Positions 21,996-32,839 are shown, counted from the stretch's first letter. The stretch is DNA of 64,000 nucleotides from an uncultured beta proteobacterium (GCA_963718025.1 CAVQXW010000004.1:249523-313522); one strand, 5' to 3'. A program made the numbers and translations. Notes: a model not told the origin generated them from the letters alone.

Positions 21996-23586
21996 TCTTC
22001 GTGCGCGGCGCTTCGTGGCGCGCCTGCAGCGCTGCGGCAGTCTCGTCGAAGGCCGCATAGAGCTCGCCGAATTCGTCGCTGCGGGTGTCGGTGATGCGGT
22101 ACTCGTAGCGGCCGCCGGCGAGTTCCGCGAGGGAATTGCGCAGCACACGCATCGGACCTGCGAGGCGCTGGGCGAGCAGGTAGCTGCCGACCGCGACCGC
22201 GATGCTCGTCACGAGGATCAGCAGGCCGAGCAGCGCAAGCGTGAGGTTCGCCACCGCTGCGAGGGGAGCCTGGAAGATGCCGAGGTGCACCTGGCCGATC
22301 TCGTTGCCCTGGAAAAGGATGGGGGCGCTGAAGTCGAGCACGTCGCGACCGTCGGCAAGCTTGTGCGTCTGCACGGCAACGCCCAGCTCGCGCGTGGACA
22401 CCGGCCTCGCGGCGAGCGGCTTGTAGCGCTGCCCGATCTGTGCAGGTTCGTTCGATCCGCGGATTACCCCGCCGTCGTCCAGAACGACCAGGTAACTGAA
22501 ATCCTGCCGGTCCACCGTTTCCTGCACGAGCACGTCGGTCGCCGCCCAGTCCTCGGCGAGCATCGGCACGGCATTTTGCGACGCCATGAACTTGACGAGC
22601 GATCCGCCATAGCCCGTCACCTGGTCCATCATCGCCTGGTACTGACGGTTGTAGAGGAACAGTGCGGTGATGCTCATCGTCACGGCGACCAGTGCGGCCA
22701 TCAGCACCGCCCAGCGGACGCCGAGCGGGATGCGGCGCTTGCGATCGGCTTCCACGCCGGTTTCCGCGAGTTCGAGCGCCACCGCTTCGAGCGCCTCGGC
22801 CATCTCGGCGCCGGACTGAAAGCGCTTGTCGGGCTGCTTGCGCAGCGCCCGGTCGATCACACGCCGCAGCGAGAGCGGCAAGTCCGGCCGCAGCTTGTCG
22901 AGCGGCGTGGGCTCGGTCTTCGTGATCTTGTAGGCGACGGTGATGAGTGTCTCGCCGTCGAAAGGCAGCGTATTCGAAAGGAGCTGGTAAAGCACGACCC
23001 CTGCCGAAAACAGGTCGGAACGCGCGTCGGTCTTTTCGCCCAGAACCTGCTCCGGCGACATGTAGTGCGGCGTGCCCAGCACGTTCCCCACCTGCGTGGC
23101 CTGCGTAGCCTCGCTGTCCTCGATGCGGCAGATGCCGAAGTCGGCGACCTTGATCGTCGTCGTATTCTTCACCAGCATCACGTTGCCCGGCTTCACGTCG
23201 CGATGGACGATGCCCCTCCGGTGCGCATAGTCGAGCGCGCGCGCGAGCTGAATGCCGATCTGCACGACCTCGGAAACGGAGAGCAGGCGCTTTTCGCGCA
23301 GCAACATCGAGAGCGTCGGCCCCTCGACGTACTCCATGGCGATGTAGGGATGGCCGTTCTGGTCGCCGACGTCGAAGACGGTGACGATGTTCGGGTGCGA
23401 CAGGATGCCGGCACCCTTCGCTTCGCGCAGGAAGCGGACGCGATATTCCCGGTCCTCGCGCAGCTGCGTCTTGAGAAGCTTGATCGCGACCGTGCGGTCG
23501 ATGTCCGGGTCGTGCGCCCTGTAGACCCGGGCCATCGCGCCTTCGCCGATGGACTCCTGGATTTCGTAGCGACCTACACGTTCCAT
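21979..23586 (-). CDS. Hanks-type Ser/Thr kinase with two TM helices, periplasmic domain and C-terminal HAMP
   Basis: IGEGAMARVY, VAIK, HRDVKPGN, DFG, GTPHYMSPE; TM segments; DEFGELYAAFD HAMP motif. Confidence 0.93.
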   Translation of the reverse strand: MERVGRYEIQESIGEGAMARVYRAHDPDIDRTVAIKLLKTQLREDREYRVRFLREAKGAGILSHPNIVTVFDVGDQNGHPYIAMEYVEGPTLSMLLREKRLLSVSEVVQIGIQLARALDYAHRRGIVHRDVKPGNVMLVKNTTTIKVADFGICRIEDSEATQATQVGNVLGTPHYMSPEQVLGEKTDARSDLFSAGVVLYQLLSNTLPFDGETLITVAYKITKTEPTPLDKLRPDLPLSLRRVIDRALRKQPDKRFQSGAEMAEALEAVALELAETGVEADRKRRIPLGVRWAVLMAALVAVTMSITALFLYNRQYQAMMDQVTGYGGSLVKFMASQNAVPMLAEDWAATDVLVQETVDRQDFSYLVVLDDGGVIRGSNEPAQIGQRYKPLAARPVSTRELGVAVQTHKLADGRDVLDFSAPILFQGNEIGQVHLGIFQAPLAAVANLTLALLGLLILVTSIAVAVGSYLLAQRLAGPMRVLRNSLAELAGGRYEYRITDTRSDEFGELYAAFDETAAALQARHEAPRTKNAKAR

Positions 23587-23932
23587 CGGGCCGGTCCTCG
23601 CATGCCGCGTGCACTGTCCCTATCGGGCAGCGGCAACGGCGGCGAGTATGCCAGAAAGACCGCGACGCGCGAGCGGGCAGGGGCTCGCGCCGCGGTTTTG
23701 GGCGCAGCCACACGGCAAACAGGCGGCGAAGACCCTCAGGTCGGGCCGGCCTGCGAGGCGACTCTTGACGCCGGTCAAAGTCCTCGTACTGCCGCGTACT
23801 ATGGTGCATAAAGGATCTCTGGAAAAGCCGCAGGCGATGACCTGCGGCCCATGCAGAGGCTTCCCCGGGGCGGCGCAGCACGCGGGCAGGCCGCCGCAGG
23901 CGACGCCGCTCGCCACGAGCAGGAGGTCGTTG

Positions 23933-24280
23933 ATGCAAGTTCCGCTGCAGGTCACGCTGCGCAATCTTCCGCATTCCGACGCACTCGAGCAGCGCATCCG
24001 CCGCAAGGTGGACAAGCTCGAGGCGCTGTCGCATCGCATCACGAGTTTCGTGGTGACTGTCGAGTCGCGTCACCGCCACCAGCAGCAGGGCCGCGAGTTC
24101 GCGGTCAGCTTGGACGTGCGCCTTCCCGGTCGCGAAATCGTCGTGAACCGCACGCACGACGAGGACGTCTACGTGGCGTTGCGCAATGCGTTCGACACGT
24201 TACGGCGGCAACTGGACGAGCTTGCGCGCATCCAGCGCGGCGAGGTGAAACCCCGCAAGACGGCGGGCGGTACGCCATGA
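23933..24280 (+). CDS. HPF/RaiA family ribosome hibernation protein
   Basis: MQVPLQVTLRNLPHSDALE...DVYVALRNAFDTLRRQL. Confidence 0.88.
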   Translation: MQVPLQVTLRNLPHSDALEQRIRRKVDKLEALSHRITSFVVTVESRHRHQQQGREFAVSLDVRLPGREIVVNRTHDEDVYVALRNAFDTLRRQLDELARIQRGEVKPRKTAGGTP

Positions 24281-24927
24281 TCTTCCGCGACCGCGCGGAC
24301 GCGGCGGAACGGCTTTCGGCTGCGCTTTTGCACCTCAAGGGTACCAATCCGCTGATCCTCGCGATTCCGCGCGGCGCGGTTCCGATGGGGCGCGTGCTGG
24401 CCGAGCGCCTTGGTGGCGAGCTCGATGTCGTTCTGGTGCGCAAGCTCGGGGCGCCGGGCTCGCCCGAGTTCGCCGTCGGCGCCGTGGACGAAACGGGCTG
24501 GACGTATGTCGCGCCGCATGCCGCGCAGGCGGGCGCCGATGCGGGCTATCTCGCGCGCGAGCGCGACGCGCAACTTGCGGTGCTGCGCACGCGACGCGCC
24601 AGTTACACGCCGGCGCGACCGCCGCTCGATCCCGCGGGCCGAGTGGCGATCGTCATCGACGACGGATTGGCCACCGGTGCGACGATGATCGCGGCCCTGC
24701 ACGCCGTGCGCGCGCGTAACCCGTCGCGCCTGATCTGCGCCGTCCCGGTTGCAGCACCGGATAGCGTCGAGACGGTCCGGCCGTACGCTGACGAGGTCGT
24801 GTGCCTCGCGGCACCGGCGAATTTCTACGCAGTCGGCGCGCACTATATGCGCTTCAACCAGGTGAGCGACGACGAGGTGATCGCGACGTTGGCAGAGGTC
24901 GGGGCCGCGCGCATCGCGGGCGCGTAG
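24277..24927 (+). CDS. phosphoribosyltransferase family protein
   Basis: FRDRADA, AIPRGAVP, IVIDDGLATGATM PRPP loop. Confidence 0.92.
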   Translation: MIFRDRADAAERLSAALLHLKGTNPLILAIPRGAVPMGRVLAERLGGELDVVLVRKLGAPGSPEFAVGAVDETGWTYVAPHAAQAGADAGYLARERDAQLAVLRTRRASYTPARPPLDPAGRVAIVIDDGLATGATMIAALHAVRARNPSRLICAVPVAAPDSVETVRPYADEVVCLAAPANFYAVGAHYMRFNQVSDDEVIATLAEVGAARIAGA

Positions 24928-24936
24928 GCGGCGCGT

Positions 24937-25584
24937 TCAGCGGTGTAGGTAACCGAGCTCACGCAATCCGGCGACGATTCGCTCGGCCATCGCGCGGTAG
25001 CCCGATTCGTTCAGATGGACGGTGTCGGCGCGCTGCGACCGTTGCGCAAGAAGCGAAGCGAGTCCGGCGTCGAGGAGCGGGATCTGCAGCGACTTCGCCG
25101 CCTCGGCATAAAGAGGGGCATCGTTGAGACCGTTGCCTCCGAGCCGGGGCACCGGCATCAGCACGATCGGCGTATTGGCGGCGCGTGCGTCCTGCGTACA
25201 GGACGCGAGTGCCTCGCGGATACCTTGCTCGGGCAGCCGCCGCAGGAAGTCGTTGCCGCCCAGCAGCACGAGAACGAGCTGCGGACGGTGCACGGCGAGC
25301 AGATCCGCGAGCCGGCCGCAGCCCTGCGCGGCGGTTTCGCCCGGGACGCCGGCATTGATGACCTGCCAGCCGGTGAGCGCTCCGAGGACCGCCGGGTAGC
25401 TCGTCTGCGGCGTCGCGCCCGTGCCATACGTGAGACTGTCGCCGAGCGCGATGACGGTGGCGCCGGCGGCGAGCGGCGCATGCGGTGGGGACTTGCTGCA
25501 GGCTGCAAGCAGCACGATCGCCGCGACGCATGCGAGCGCGCGAAGCGACGGTGCGCAGCAATCGATCGCACGGGTCCAGGCCAT
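24937..25584 (-). CDS. GDSL/SGNH arylesterase lipoprotein
   Basis: LGDSLTYG, NAGVPGET, LGGND, DTVHLN blocks. Confidence 0.9.
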   Translation of the reverse strand: MAWTRAIDCCAPSLRALACVAAIVLLAACSKSPPHAPLAAGATVIALGDSLTYGTGATPQTSYPAVLGALTGWQVINAGVPGETAAQGCGRLADLLAVHRPQLVLVLLGGNDFLRRLPEQGIREALASCTQDARAANTPIVLMPVPRLGGNGLNDAPLYAEAAKSLQIPLLDAGLASLLAQRSQRADTVHLNESGYRAMAERIVAGLRELGYLHR

Positions 25585-25639
25585 CGGGTCATGTTACCGT
25601 AAGCGTGCGGGGTGGCCGGTACCCACGCGACCTTGACGG

Positions 25640-27163
25640 ATGTTGGCACAATCCTCCTTCCCCACGCGGCTCGTCGTCGACAGCAACCTGCTTGCGCTTG
25701 CCGAGCGCGCGTTCGGCCGCGCTGCCGGCGCGGATCCGATCGACGGGAACGCGGTGCGGATCCTGCTCGACGCCGAGCAGAACTTCCAGGCCTGGCTCGG
25801 GGCGATCAGCAACGCGCGACGCACGATCCTCTTCGAGAGCTACATCATTGCCGACGATGCGGTCGGCCGCGAATTCGTTGGCGCGTTGGTGCGCAAGGCG
25901 AAGGAGGGGGTACGCGTCTTTGCCGTGTTCGACTGGCTCGGATCGCTGTGGTCGGGGGCGCTCTGGCCGTTGCTGCGCGATGCCGGAGTCGAGTTGCGCA
26001 TCTTCAATCCGATGCACTTCACGAGTCCGCTTGGCTGGCTGTCGCGCGATCACCGCAAGACGATCGCGATCGACGGGGAAGTCGGTTTCGTCAGCGGGCT
26101 TTGCGTCAGCGGCAAGTGGCTCGGCGATCCCGAACGGCAGCTGGAACCCTGGCGTGACACGGGCGTGGAAATCCGAGGTCCCGCCGTTGGCGCACTGGAG
26201 CGCGCGTTCGCGCAGGTGTGGTCGGCGAGCGGCCATACGCCGTTTCCCCACGAGCTTCTCCTGCAACCGGCGGATGCCCGGCGCGTGGGCGACACGCGGT
26301 TGCGGGTCGTCGCGGGAATTCCCAACGCAACCGGCACGTTCCGCCTCGACCTTGTCATCGCTTCGATGGCACACCGGTCGCTTTGGCTCACCGATGCCTA
26401 CTTCGTCGGCACGGCGCCTTACGTGCAGGCACTGGCTGCCGCCGCGCGCGATGGGGTGGACGTTCGCCTGCTGGTGCCGGGCGCGAGCGACATCCCGGGA
26501 TTGTCGCCGATGTCGCGCGCCGGCTACCGGCCGTTGCTCGAGGCCGGCGTCCGCGTGTTCGAATGGAACGGCACGATGCTGCACGCGAAGACCGCGGTGG
26601 CGGACGGCGCATGGTCGCGCATCGGTTCCACCAATCTCAACATCGCAAGTTGGCTGCAGAACTACGAGCTCGACGTCGCGATCGAGGACGAAGCGATCGG
26701 CGCCGCGATGGCCGAGCAATACGAGCGCGACCTCGAGCATGCGACCGAGATCGTGCTGACCGAGCGCAACCGCGTCCGGCGCGCGCAGCCGCGAACTGGG
26801 CCGCCGGTGCGCCGCGCGAGCGCGGGAAGCGCGGGCCGCGCGGCAGCGGGCGCGTTGAGCGTGGGCAGCGTACTCGGCGCGGCGCTGACCGATCGTCGCG
26901 TGCTCGCTCCAGCCGAGGCCGGGCTGGTCGCTCGCATGGCCGTTACCGCCATCGTGATCGCTATCGTCGCTGCCTTCTGGCCGCGGCTCGTTGCATGGCC
27001 GCTGGCGGTAGTCGGCGTCTGGATCGGTCTTGCATGGATCGGCAAGAGCATCGACCTGCGGCGCGAAGCCAGGCGTCGCGCCGATGAAGGTGGCGCGGAA
27101 CCCGAGGCGAGCGGATGCGGCGCCAACGCGCCATCGCCGACGCGACCTCGCGGCCCCGACTAG
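25640..27163 (+). CDS. phospholipase D family cardiolipin synthase (ClsB-like)
   Basis: two HKD motifs: DHRKTIAID and LHAKTAVAD; C-terminal TM helices. Confidence 0.88.
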   Translation: MLAQSSFPTRLVVDSNLLALAERAFGRAAGADPIDGNAVRILLDAEQNFQAWLGAISNARRTILFESYIIADDAVGREFVGALVRKAKEGVRVFAVFDWLGSLWSGALWPLLRDAGVELRIFNPMHFTSPLGWLSRDHRKTIAIDGEVGFVSGLCVSGKWLGDPERQLEPWRDTGVEIRGPAVGALERAFAQVWSASGHTPFPHELLLQPADARRVGDTRLRVVAGIPNATGTFRLDLVIASMAHRSLWLTDAYFVGTAPYVQALAAAARDGVDVRLLVPGASDIPGLSPMSRAGYRPLLEAGVRVFEWNGTMLHAKTAVADGAWSRIGSTNLNIASWLQNYELDVAIEDEAIGAAMAEQYERDLEHATEIVLTERNRVRRAQPRTGPPVRRASAGSAGRAAAGALSVGSVLGAALTDRRVLAPAEAGLVARMAVTAIVIAIVAAFWPRLVAWPLAVVGVWIGLAWIGKSIDLRREARRRADEGGAEPEASGCGANAPSPTRPRGPD

Positions 27164-27223
27164 GCGGTCGGCCGGCCGCGCGCTGGTCTGCCGAGTCGGT
27201 CATCGGCTATAATTCGCCGCTTC

Positions 27224-27300
27224 GCGCCCGTAGCTCAGTTGGATAGAGTACCTGGCTACGAACCAGGGGGTCGTGGGTTCAAATCCTGCCGGGCGCGCCA
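27224..27300 (+). tRNA. tRNA-Arg (anticodon ACG)
   Basis: GCGCCCG...CGGGCGC-G-CCA, CCTGG-CT-ACG-AA-CCAGG, GGTTCAAATCC; TATAAT at 27208-27213. Confidence 0.97.
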
Positions 27301-27314
27301 AAATTCAAGGACTT

Positions 27315-27338
27315 AGGCCACCTCTTTGGTGGCCTTTG
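27315..27338 (+). terminator. hairpin/terminator downstream of tRNA-Arg
   Basis: AGGCCACC-tcttt-GGTGGCCT followed by TT. Confidence 0.55.
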
Positions 27339-27367
27339 TCTTTCAGCGTAGTAAATTCGTAGTAACT

Positions 27368-27922
27368 TTACCCCGCCCGAAGGCCACCACGGCGATCCAC
27401 CCAGTGCGCCAAGTGCTCGGTGGCGAGGTGCGCATACCGCTGCACCATCTCCGCCGACGCCCATCCCCCCAGTTCCTGCAGCACGTTGAGCGGGGTTCCA
27501 TCCTGGGCGTGCCAACTCGCCCAGGTGTGTCGCAAATCATGCCAACGAAACCCCGACCCAATTTGCGCCCGCTCGAGTGCACGCCGCCAAGCCTTCGTGG
27601 CCACCTGCGTGATGGGTTTGCCGCGATACGGAAATACCCACCTCGCATGTTTGCCCTGCTGGCCCCGCAATACAACGACAGCGTGCTTCGATAGCGGGAC
27701 ACCGATCGCCTTCTTCGCCTTGGCCTGATCCGGGTGAATCCACGCGACCCGGCGTTCGAGGTCGACCTGGGTCCACTCCAAGTGCGTGACGTTTCCGCGC
27801 CGCAGGCCTGTTTCAAGCGCAAACTGGGTCATCGCTCGCTGATGCTCGGGCAACTCGCCGACGAGCCGTTCCGCTTGTTCGCGCGTAATCCAGCGAATAC
27901 GCCGGGCCGGCTCCTTGAGCAT
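27368..27922 (-). pseudogene. tyrosine integrase, catalytic C-terminal fragment
   Basis: TGLRRGN (Arg), FRWHDLRHTWASW (HxxR), LGGW, RYAH; no integrase-like N-terminal domains upstream; points towards the tRNA. Confidence 0.85.
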
Positions 27923-28446
27923 CTGCAATCGGCGACCTTCTACGCGCGATACACGCGAAATCGCAGCTGACCGGCGGCTTTCAACGCGCGCGAAGGCGCG
28001 GTACCGACCCTCTGCCGTCACTCGCCGTGCCGCGCTGGCCGACTGCAACGCAGCGATACCGGTCGTAACGCTCGGCACGGTGCGGGCCTCCTGTCGGCCA
28101 CTTCCCATCGTCCGATCATCCAGAAAATCGCCACGCCAATGACGAGTTTCAGAGTGCAGCTGGCATAGGCCGACGGCCGCTCGAAGGGCCGCGGTCGGGC
28201 CCGGCCTTGAACTTTCGGTCTCGGTCATGAGCACGCACCGGAACCCGCGCCCGAAAACCGATGGTCGGGACCGCTCGTTCGCTATCTGACTGCCGGTTGA
28301 ATAGCTGGCCCACTCGCCCATTGGGCAGCGCGCCGCGTCGTCTGCCGGATGCCCCGTTCCGTATTGGGCAACATGCGTGTCAGCTCGGAGAGCTCCATCA
28401 GCCGTTGCCCCCACGCAAGCGGGGGCGCAGCGTCGGACCAGCCTCA

Positions 28447-29016
28447 TCAGGTCAGCAACGGAAACGCCACCGCGCCGGCCGGCGAGGCCCAGTTGCGAAC
28501 CAGCTCGGCAATCATCGAGGTGGTGCTGTTCAGGCGCACGCCCGCGCGCTCCATGCGCCGCCAGGCCATCTCTTCGGCAATCTGGTTGCCCGAGCCACAG
28601 GCATCGCAGACCACCTGCACGTTGAAGCCTTCCTCGACGGCGCTGATCGCGGGCGCGACCATGCAGACATCGGTCGTCACGCCCGCCATCACGAAGTTGC
28701 GCTTGCCGGTGGCGCGGCAGGCCGTGGCGAAGTCCTCGTCCTCCCAGGCGTTCACCAGGCCCTTGCGCTTGATGCGCGCCGCGAACTCGTTCGGTGCGAT
28801 CGCTTCAAGCTCCGGCATCAGCGGGCCCTGGATGTGGGTGTTGGTCTCCTGGCTCGAGGTCAGCACCAGGGGCATCCCGCTGCCCTTGGCGAACTTGGCG
28901 AGGATCACCACGTTGCGCTGGAGCAGCTCGAGCGGCGTGCTCTTGGCCCAAGTGTTGGTGCCGACCTGGTGGTCGATCAGGATCATTGCGGTGTCTTGGA
29001 TGTCGAAGGGTTTCAT
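28447..29016 (-). CDS. isochorismatase-family hydrolase (YcaC-like)
   Basis: ILIDHQVG, RKGLVNAWED, AGVTTDVC. Confidence 0.9.
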   Translation of the reverse strand: MKPFDIQDTAMILIDHQVGTNTWAKSTPLELLQRNVVILAKFAKGSGMPLVLTSSQETNTHIQGPLMPELEAIAPNEFAARIKRKGLVNAWEDEDFATACRATGKRNFVMAGVTTDVCMVAPAISAVEEGFNVQVVCDACGSGNQIAEEMAWRRMERAGVRLNSTTSMIAELVRNWASPAGAVAFPLLT

Positions 29017-29047
29017 GCTCGGTTCTCCGGTGAGCCTATGGAGGGAA

Positions 29048-29423
29048 CTAGGCGGTGCACAGGTTCGGTACCGCCACTTTGGAAAACAAGTGCGGCGACG
29101 CGACCGCGCTCGACGGATAGGCCGCCAACGCGCCCATGAACTCCGGGTGGGTGAATGCCTGACGAAAGTGCGCAACTGGATTCCCACAACGCATAGTTCA
29201 GGAACACGCAACTGCCGCCGTTGCCGCGATGCAACTGGGTCGAGATGTAGCCGGGCTGGCGCTTCATCCAGTTGGCATCGTGGGCCCAGGCGTCGAGCAA
29301 GGCATCGACATCCTTGGCATCTACGGTGAAGACGTTGATCAGCACCACCGGCGCGAGGGTTTCGCCGAGTTGCTGCTGAATCGGGACCAGCGGGTCTAGC
29401 GGGCGCAGTTGGAGCATGGGCAT
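29048..29423 (-). pseudogene. antibiotic biosynthesis monooxygenase (ABM) family, +1 frameshift
   Basis: VVLINVFTV...QPGYISTQLHRG...NYALWES, then one extra base (TCC-A-GTT, about 29175) before the frame resumes VAHFRQAFTHPEF...NLCTA*. Confidence 0.8.
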
Positions 29424-29446
29424 TGCTTCGGTGTGGTGGCTATCGA

Positions 29447-30270
29447 TCAAACACGCGGTGCATTGACGTGCAGAACCATCTTGCCGCGCGCCTTGCCGGT
29501 CTCGCCGAGGCGGTGTGCGTGCGCGGCATCGGCGAGCGCGAACTCCTGTCCGACGAGCACGCGCAGGCGCCCCGCATCGACACGCTCGGCCAGTTGCGCC
29601 AGCACCGCGCCGCGCGGCGGCGTGAAGACGAACGCCGCCCGCACGCCAGCGGCCGCGGCGCGTTCGGGCGGCGGCGGCATCGCCGTGGCGACCAGGATGC
29701 CGCCCGGCTTCATCACGCCCCACGACGCTTCCTGCGTCGGCCCGCCAATCGTGTCGAGCACGATGTCGATGTCGCGCGCGTGGTCCTGGAAGCGCTGGCT
29801 GCGGTAGTCGATGACCTCGTCGGCGCCGAGCGAGCGCACGAGCGCGACGCCGTCGCCGCTCGCAGTGGCGATCACGTGCAGGCCCGCGTCCTTGGCCAGT
29901 TGCACCGCCACAATGCCGAGCGCGCCGGCGCCACCGTGGATCAGCACACGCATGCCGCGTTCGATCTGCGCGTTGTCGACGAGCGCCGTCCACGCCGCTT
30001 GGCCGGCCATCGGCAGTGCCGCCGCAGCGACAAAGGCGAGCGTGCGCGGCTTCAACGCGACCTGCGACGCGTCGACCGCCACGTACTCGGCGTAGGTGCC
30101 GCCGCGCGCGAACTCGGCATAGAAGCAGACCTCATCGCCGGGCTTGAAGGTCGTGACAGAGCCGCCGACGGCATCGACCACGCCGGCCGCGTCCCAGCCA
30201 AGCGTGACCGCAAACGCCTTCGGCAGCCCGTGCGCCATCGCCCCGGCACGGATCTTCCAGTCGATGGGGT
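29447..30270 (-). pseudogene. NADP-dependent (quinone) oxidoreductase, 3' part, interrupted by IS21
   Basis: NPIDWKIRAG, TLGWDAAG, VLIHGGAGALG, GKARGKMVL. Confidence 0.9.
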
Positions 30271-30520
30271 TGTGTATTCCGACGGAAGGTGACCGAGGTT
30301 TCCGACGGATGATGACCGCCGAATCCGACGATGTTGACCGGTGAATCCGACGGATGATGACCGTTTTTGCGGCCATGTCGGAAACCGCGGTCAAGGTGGT
30401 CGGAACGGTGGTCACGATGCCCGGAAATCGGGGTCGTGATCGCGGTGGCGACGTTGCTGTGCGTGGTAATTCGAACCTTCGACTGGGTACGCTCGCTCCC
30501 TTTTGCTCAGGGAGCCTGCG

Positions 30521-32065
30521 GTGCCAGCCAACCGGATTACCATGCGCCGAATTCGAGAAGTTCTCCGTCTCAAGCACGAATGCGGGTTGCCTAACGCCCG
30601 GATCGCCGCCGCGTTGGGTATCGCCAAGGGTTCGGTGGCGAACTACCTGGCCGCCGCCACAGCCGCCGGGCTGGCACACAGCGAAGCGCAGGCACTTGAC
30701 GACGCGGCGCTGAACGCGCGGTTGCATCCGCAGCGCTACGTCTATCCGCAGTTTGCCGTTGCGGACTTCGGCCAGATCCATCGCGAGCTGCGACGCAAGG
30801 GCGTCACGCTGCAATTGCTGTGGGAGGAGTACCGGGCGCAAGCTCAAGGCGTTCCCTACAGCCGATCGCGCTTCTGCGAGCGCTACATCGAGTTCCGGCA
30901 GTTGCTGCGCCGCTCGATGCGGCAGATCCATGTCGCCGGCGAGAAGCTGTTCGTCGACTACGCCGGCCCGACCGTCCCGCTGATCGACCCGGCCAGCGGC
31001 GAGATCACCCGTGCGCACATCTTCGTCGCGGTGTGGGGCGCGTCGAACTACACCTACGCCGAGGCCACCGCCGCCGAGTCGAAGGCTGACTGGATCGCGG
31101 CGCACGTCAACGCGCTGACGTTCTTTGGCGGTGCGCCGGCGCTCCTGGTGCCCGACAATCCTCGGGCCTTGATTCGCGACCCGGACCGCTACGAGCCGAT
31201 CGCCAATCGCACCTACGAAGCCCTGGCCGAGCATTACGGCTGCGCCATCTTGCCGGCACGGCCGCGCAAACCGCAGGACAAGGCCAAGGTGGAGGCCGGG
31301 GTGCTGCTGGTCGAGCGCTGGATTCTGGCCCGGCTGCGGCATTGGCGTTTCCACAGCCTGGCCGAACTCAATACCGCGATCCGGCAGCTGCTCGGTGAAC
31401 TCAACGACCGGCCGTTCCAGAAGCTCGAGGGCTCCCGTCGCAGCTGGTTCGACCTGCTCGACCGGCCAGCGTTGCGGCCGTTGCCGGCCACCGCGTTCGA
31501 GTACGCCGACTTCAAGCGGGCACGGGTCTCGCGTCTCGATTACCACGTCGAACTCGCGCACCATTACTACTCGGTGCCGCATGCCCTGGTCGGGCAGGAG
31601 GTCGAGCTGCGGATCACCCGCACCACGGTCGAGGTGCTGTTCCGTCATCAACGGATAGCGAGCCACGCCCGCTCCAATCGCCGCGGTGGCTACACCACGA
31701 TCCCGGAGCACATGCCGGCGGCGCATCGTGCGCATCGAGAATGGACGCCGGCCCGGCTGTTGCACTGGGCGGCGACCATCGGCATCGCGACCGGGCACCT
31801 GGTCACGCATCTGCTCGAATCCAAGCCGCATCCCGAGCAAGGTTACCGCGCTTGCCTCGGTTTGCTCGCGCTGGCGCGCAAGTACGGCGACACGCGACTC
31901 GAAGCCGCCTGCGTGCGCGCGCTCGCACTCGGCGCCAAGACCCGCAAGTCGGTCGCCTCCATTCTCGCCGCCGGGCTCGACCGCCAGCCGGCCACGGCCA
32001 TACTCTTTGCCGACACCGTTGTGCCCGAGCACGGCAACGTGCGCGGTCCCGAGTACTACCACTGA
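30521..32065 (+). CDS. istA: IS21 transposase IstA
   Basis: MPANRITMRRIREVLRL, LFVDYAG, VPDN, KAKVEAGV. Confidence 0.95.
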   Translation: MPANRITMRRIREVLRLKHECGLPNARIAAALGIAKGSVANYLAAATAAGLAHSEAQALDDAALNARLHPQRYVYPQFAVADFGQIHRELRRKGVTLQLLWEEYRAQAQGVPYSRSRFCERYIEFRQLLRRSMRQIHVAGEKLFVDYAGPTVPLIDPASGEITRAHIFVAVWGASNYTYAEATAAESKADWIAAHVNALTFFGGAPALLVPDNPRALIRDPDRYEPIANRTYEALAEHYGCAILPARPRKPQDKAKVEAGVLLVERWILARLRHWRFHSLAELNTAIRQLLGELNDRPFQKLEGSRRSWFDLLDRPALRPLPATAFEYADFKRARVSRLDYHVELAHHYYSVPHALVGQEVELRITRTTVEVLFRHQRIASHARSNRRGGYTTIPEHMPAAHRAHREWTPARLLHWAATIGIATGHLVTHLLESKPHPEQGYRACLGLLALARKYGDTRLEAACVRALALGAKTRKSVASILAAGLDRQPATAILFADTVVPEHGNVRGPEYYH

Positions 32066-32086
32066 CCCGTTGAAGGAGATCGTTCG

Positions 32087-32839
32087 ATGCTGACTCAACA
32101 AACCGTCACGCACCTGCGCACCCTGCGCCTCGATGGCATGGCCCGCGCCTTCGAAGAGCAGCTCACCCAGCCGGTGGCCACCGGCCTCGCCTTCGAAGAT
32201 CGCTTCGGCCTGCTGGTCGATCGCGAACTCGCCTGGCGCGACACCCGGCGCCTGGAACGGCTGCTCAAACAGGCCAAGCTCAAGTATCCCGAAGCTTGCA
32301 TCGAGGACCTCGACACCCGCAGCGCCCGCGGTCTCGATCCGCGCCAGCTCGCGAGTCTCGCCAGCGCCGACTGGATTCGCAGCGGCCACAACGTCCTCAT
32401 CACCGGCGCTACCGGCCTCGGCAAGACCTGGCTCGCCTGCGCGCTGGGTCAAGCCGCCTGTCGTCAGGGCTTCGCCGTCTTCTACACTCGTTTCGGTCGC
32501 CTGCTCGAAGAACTGCGCATCGCCCACGGCGACGGCAGCTTCAGCCGGCGCTTGCAGCAACTTGCCCGTACCGATCTCCTGATCCTCGACGATTGGGGCC
32601 TCGCGCCCATCGGCCAGTCCGAACGCAATGATTTGCTCGAACTGCTTGACGATCGCACCACCGGCAAAGCCACGCTCATCACCAGTCAACTGCCGGTCGA
32701 ACATTGGTACGCGTATCTCAACGACCCCACCTTGGCCGACGCTATCCTCGATCGCATCGTGCATGGCAGTCATCGCCTCATGCTCAAGGGTGAATCATTG
32801 CGCAAGAAGACCGCTGACAAAGGATCGAAAAAGTCGTGA
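32087..32839 (+). CDS. istB: IS21 AAA+ helper ATPase IstB
   Basis: GATGLGKT Walker A, LLILDDWG Walker [10 protein letters not shown]. Confidence 0.96.
   Translation: MLTQQTVTHLRTLRLDGMARAFEEQLTQPVATGLAFEDRFGLLVDRELAWRDTRRLERLLKQAKLKYPEACIEDLDTRSARGLDPRQLASLASADWIRSGHNVLITGATGLGKTWLACALGQAACRQGFAVFYTRFGRLLEELRIAHGDGSFSRRLQQLARTDLLILDDWGLAPIGQSERNDLLELLDDRTTGKATLITSQLPVEHWYAYLNDPTLADAILDRIVHGSHRLMLKGESLRKKTADKGSKKS

Noticed and set aside
13648-23586. Complete type VI secretion system
   Set aside because: No tssB/C, hcp, vgrG, clpV, tssL/M or baseplate genes in the window
21707-24157. Long plus and minus shadow ORFs (816 aa, 714 aa and similar Arg/Ala-rich frames across the window)
   Set aside because: Alternative or antisense frames of well-supported genes in high-GC DNA; no recognisable motifs
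30278-30365. Tandem 17-18 bp repeats resembling a mini CRISPR
   Set aside because: Spacers are only a few bp; these are IS21 subterminal transposase-binding boxes; no cas genes
29447-32773. 1108-aa minus-strand ORF
   Set aside because: Chimeric read-through: antisense of istAB joined to the oxidoreductase 3' part
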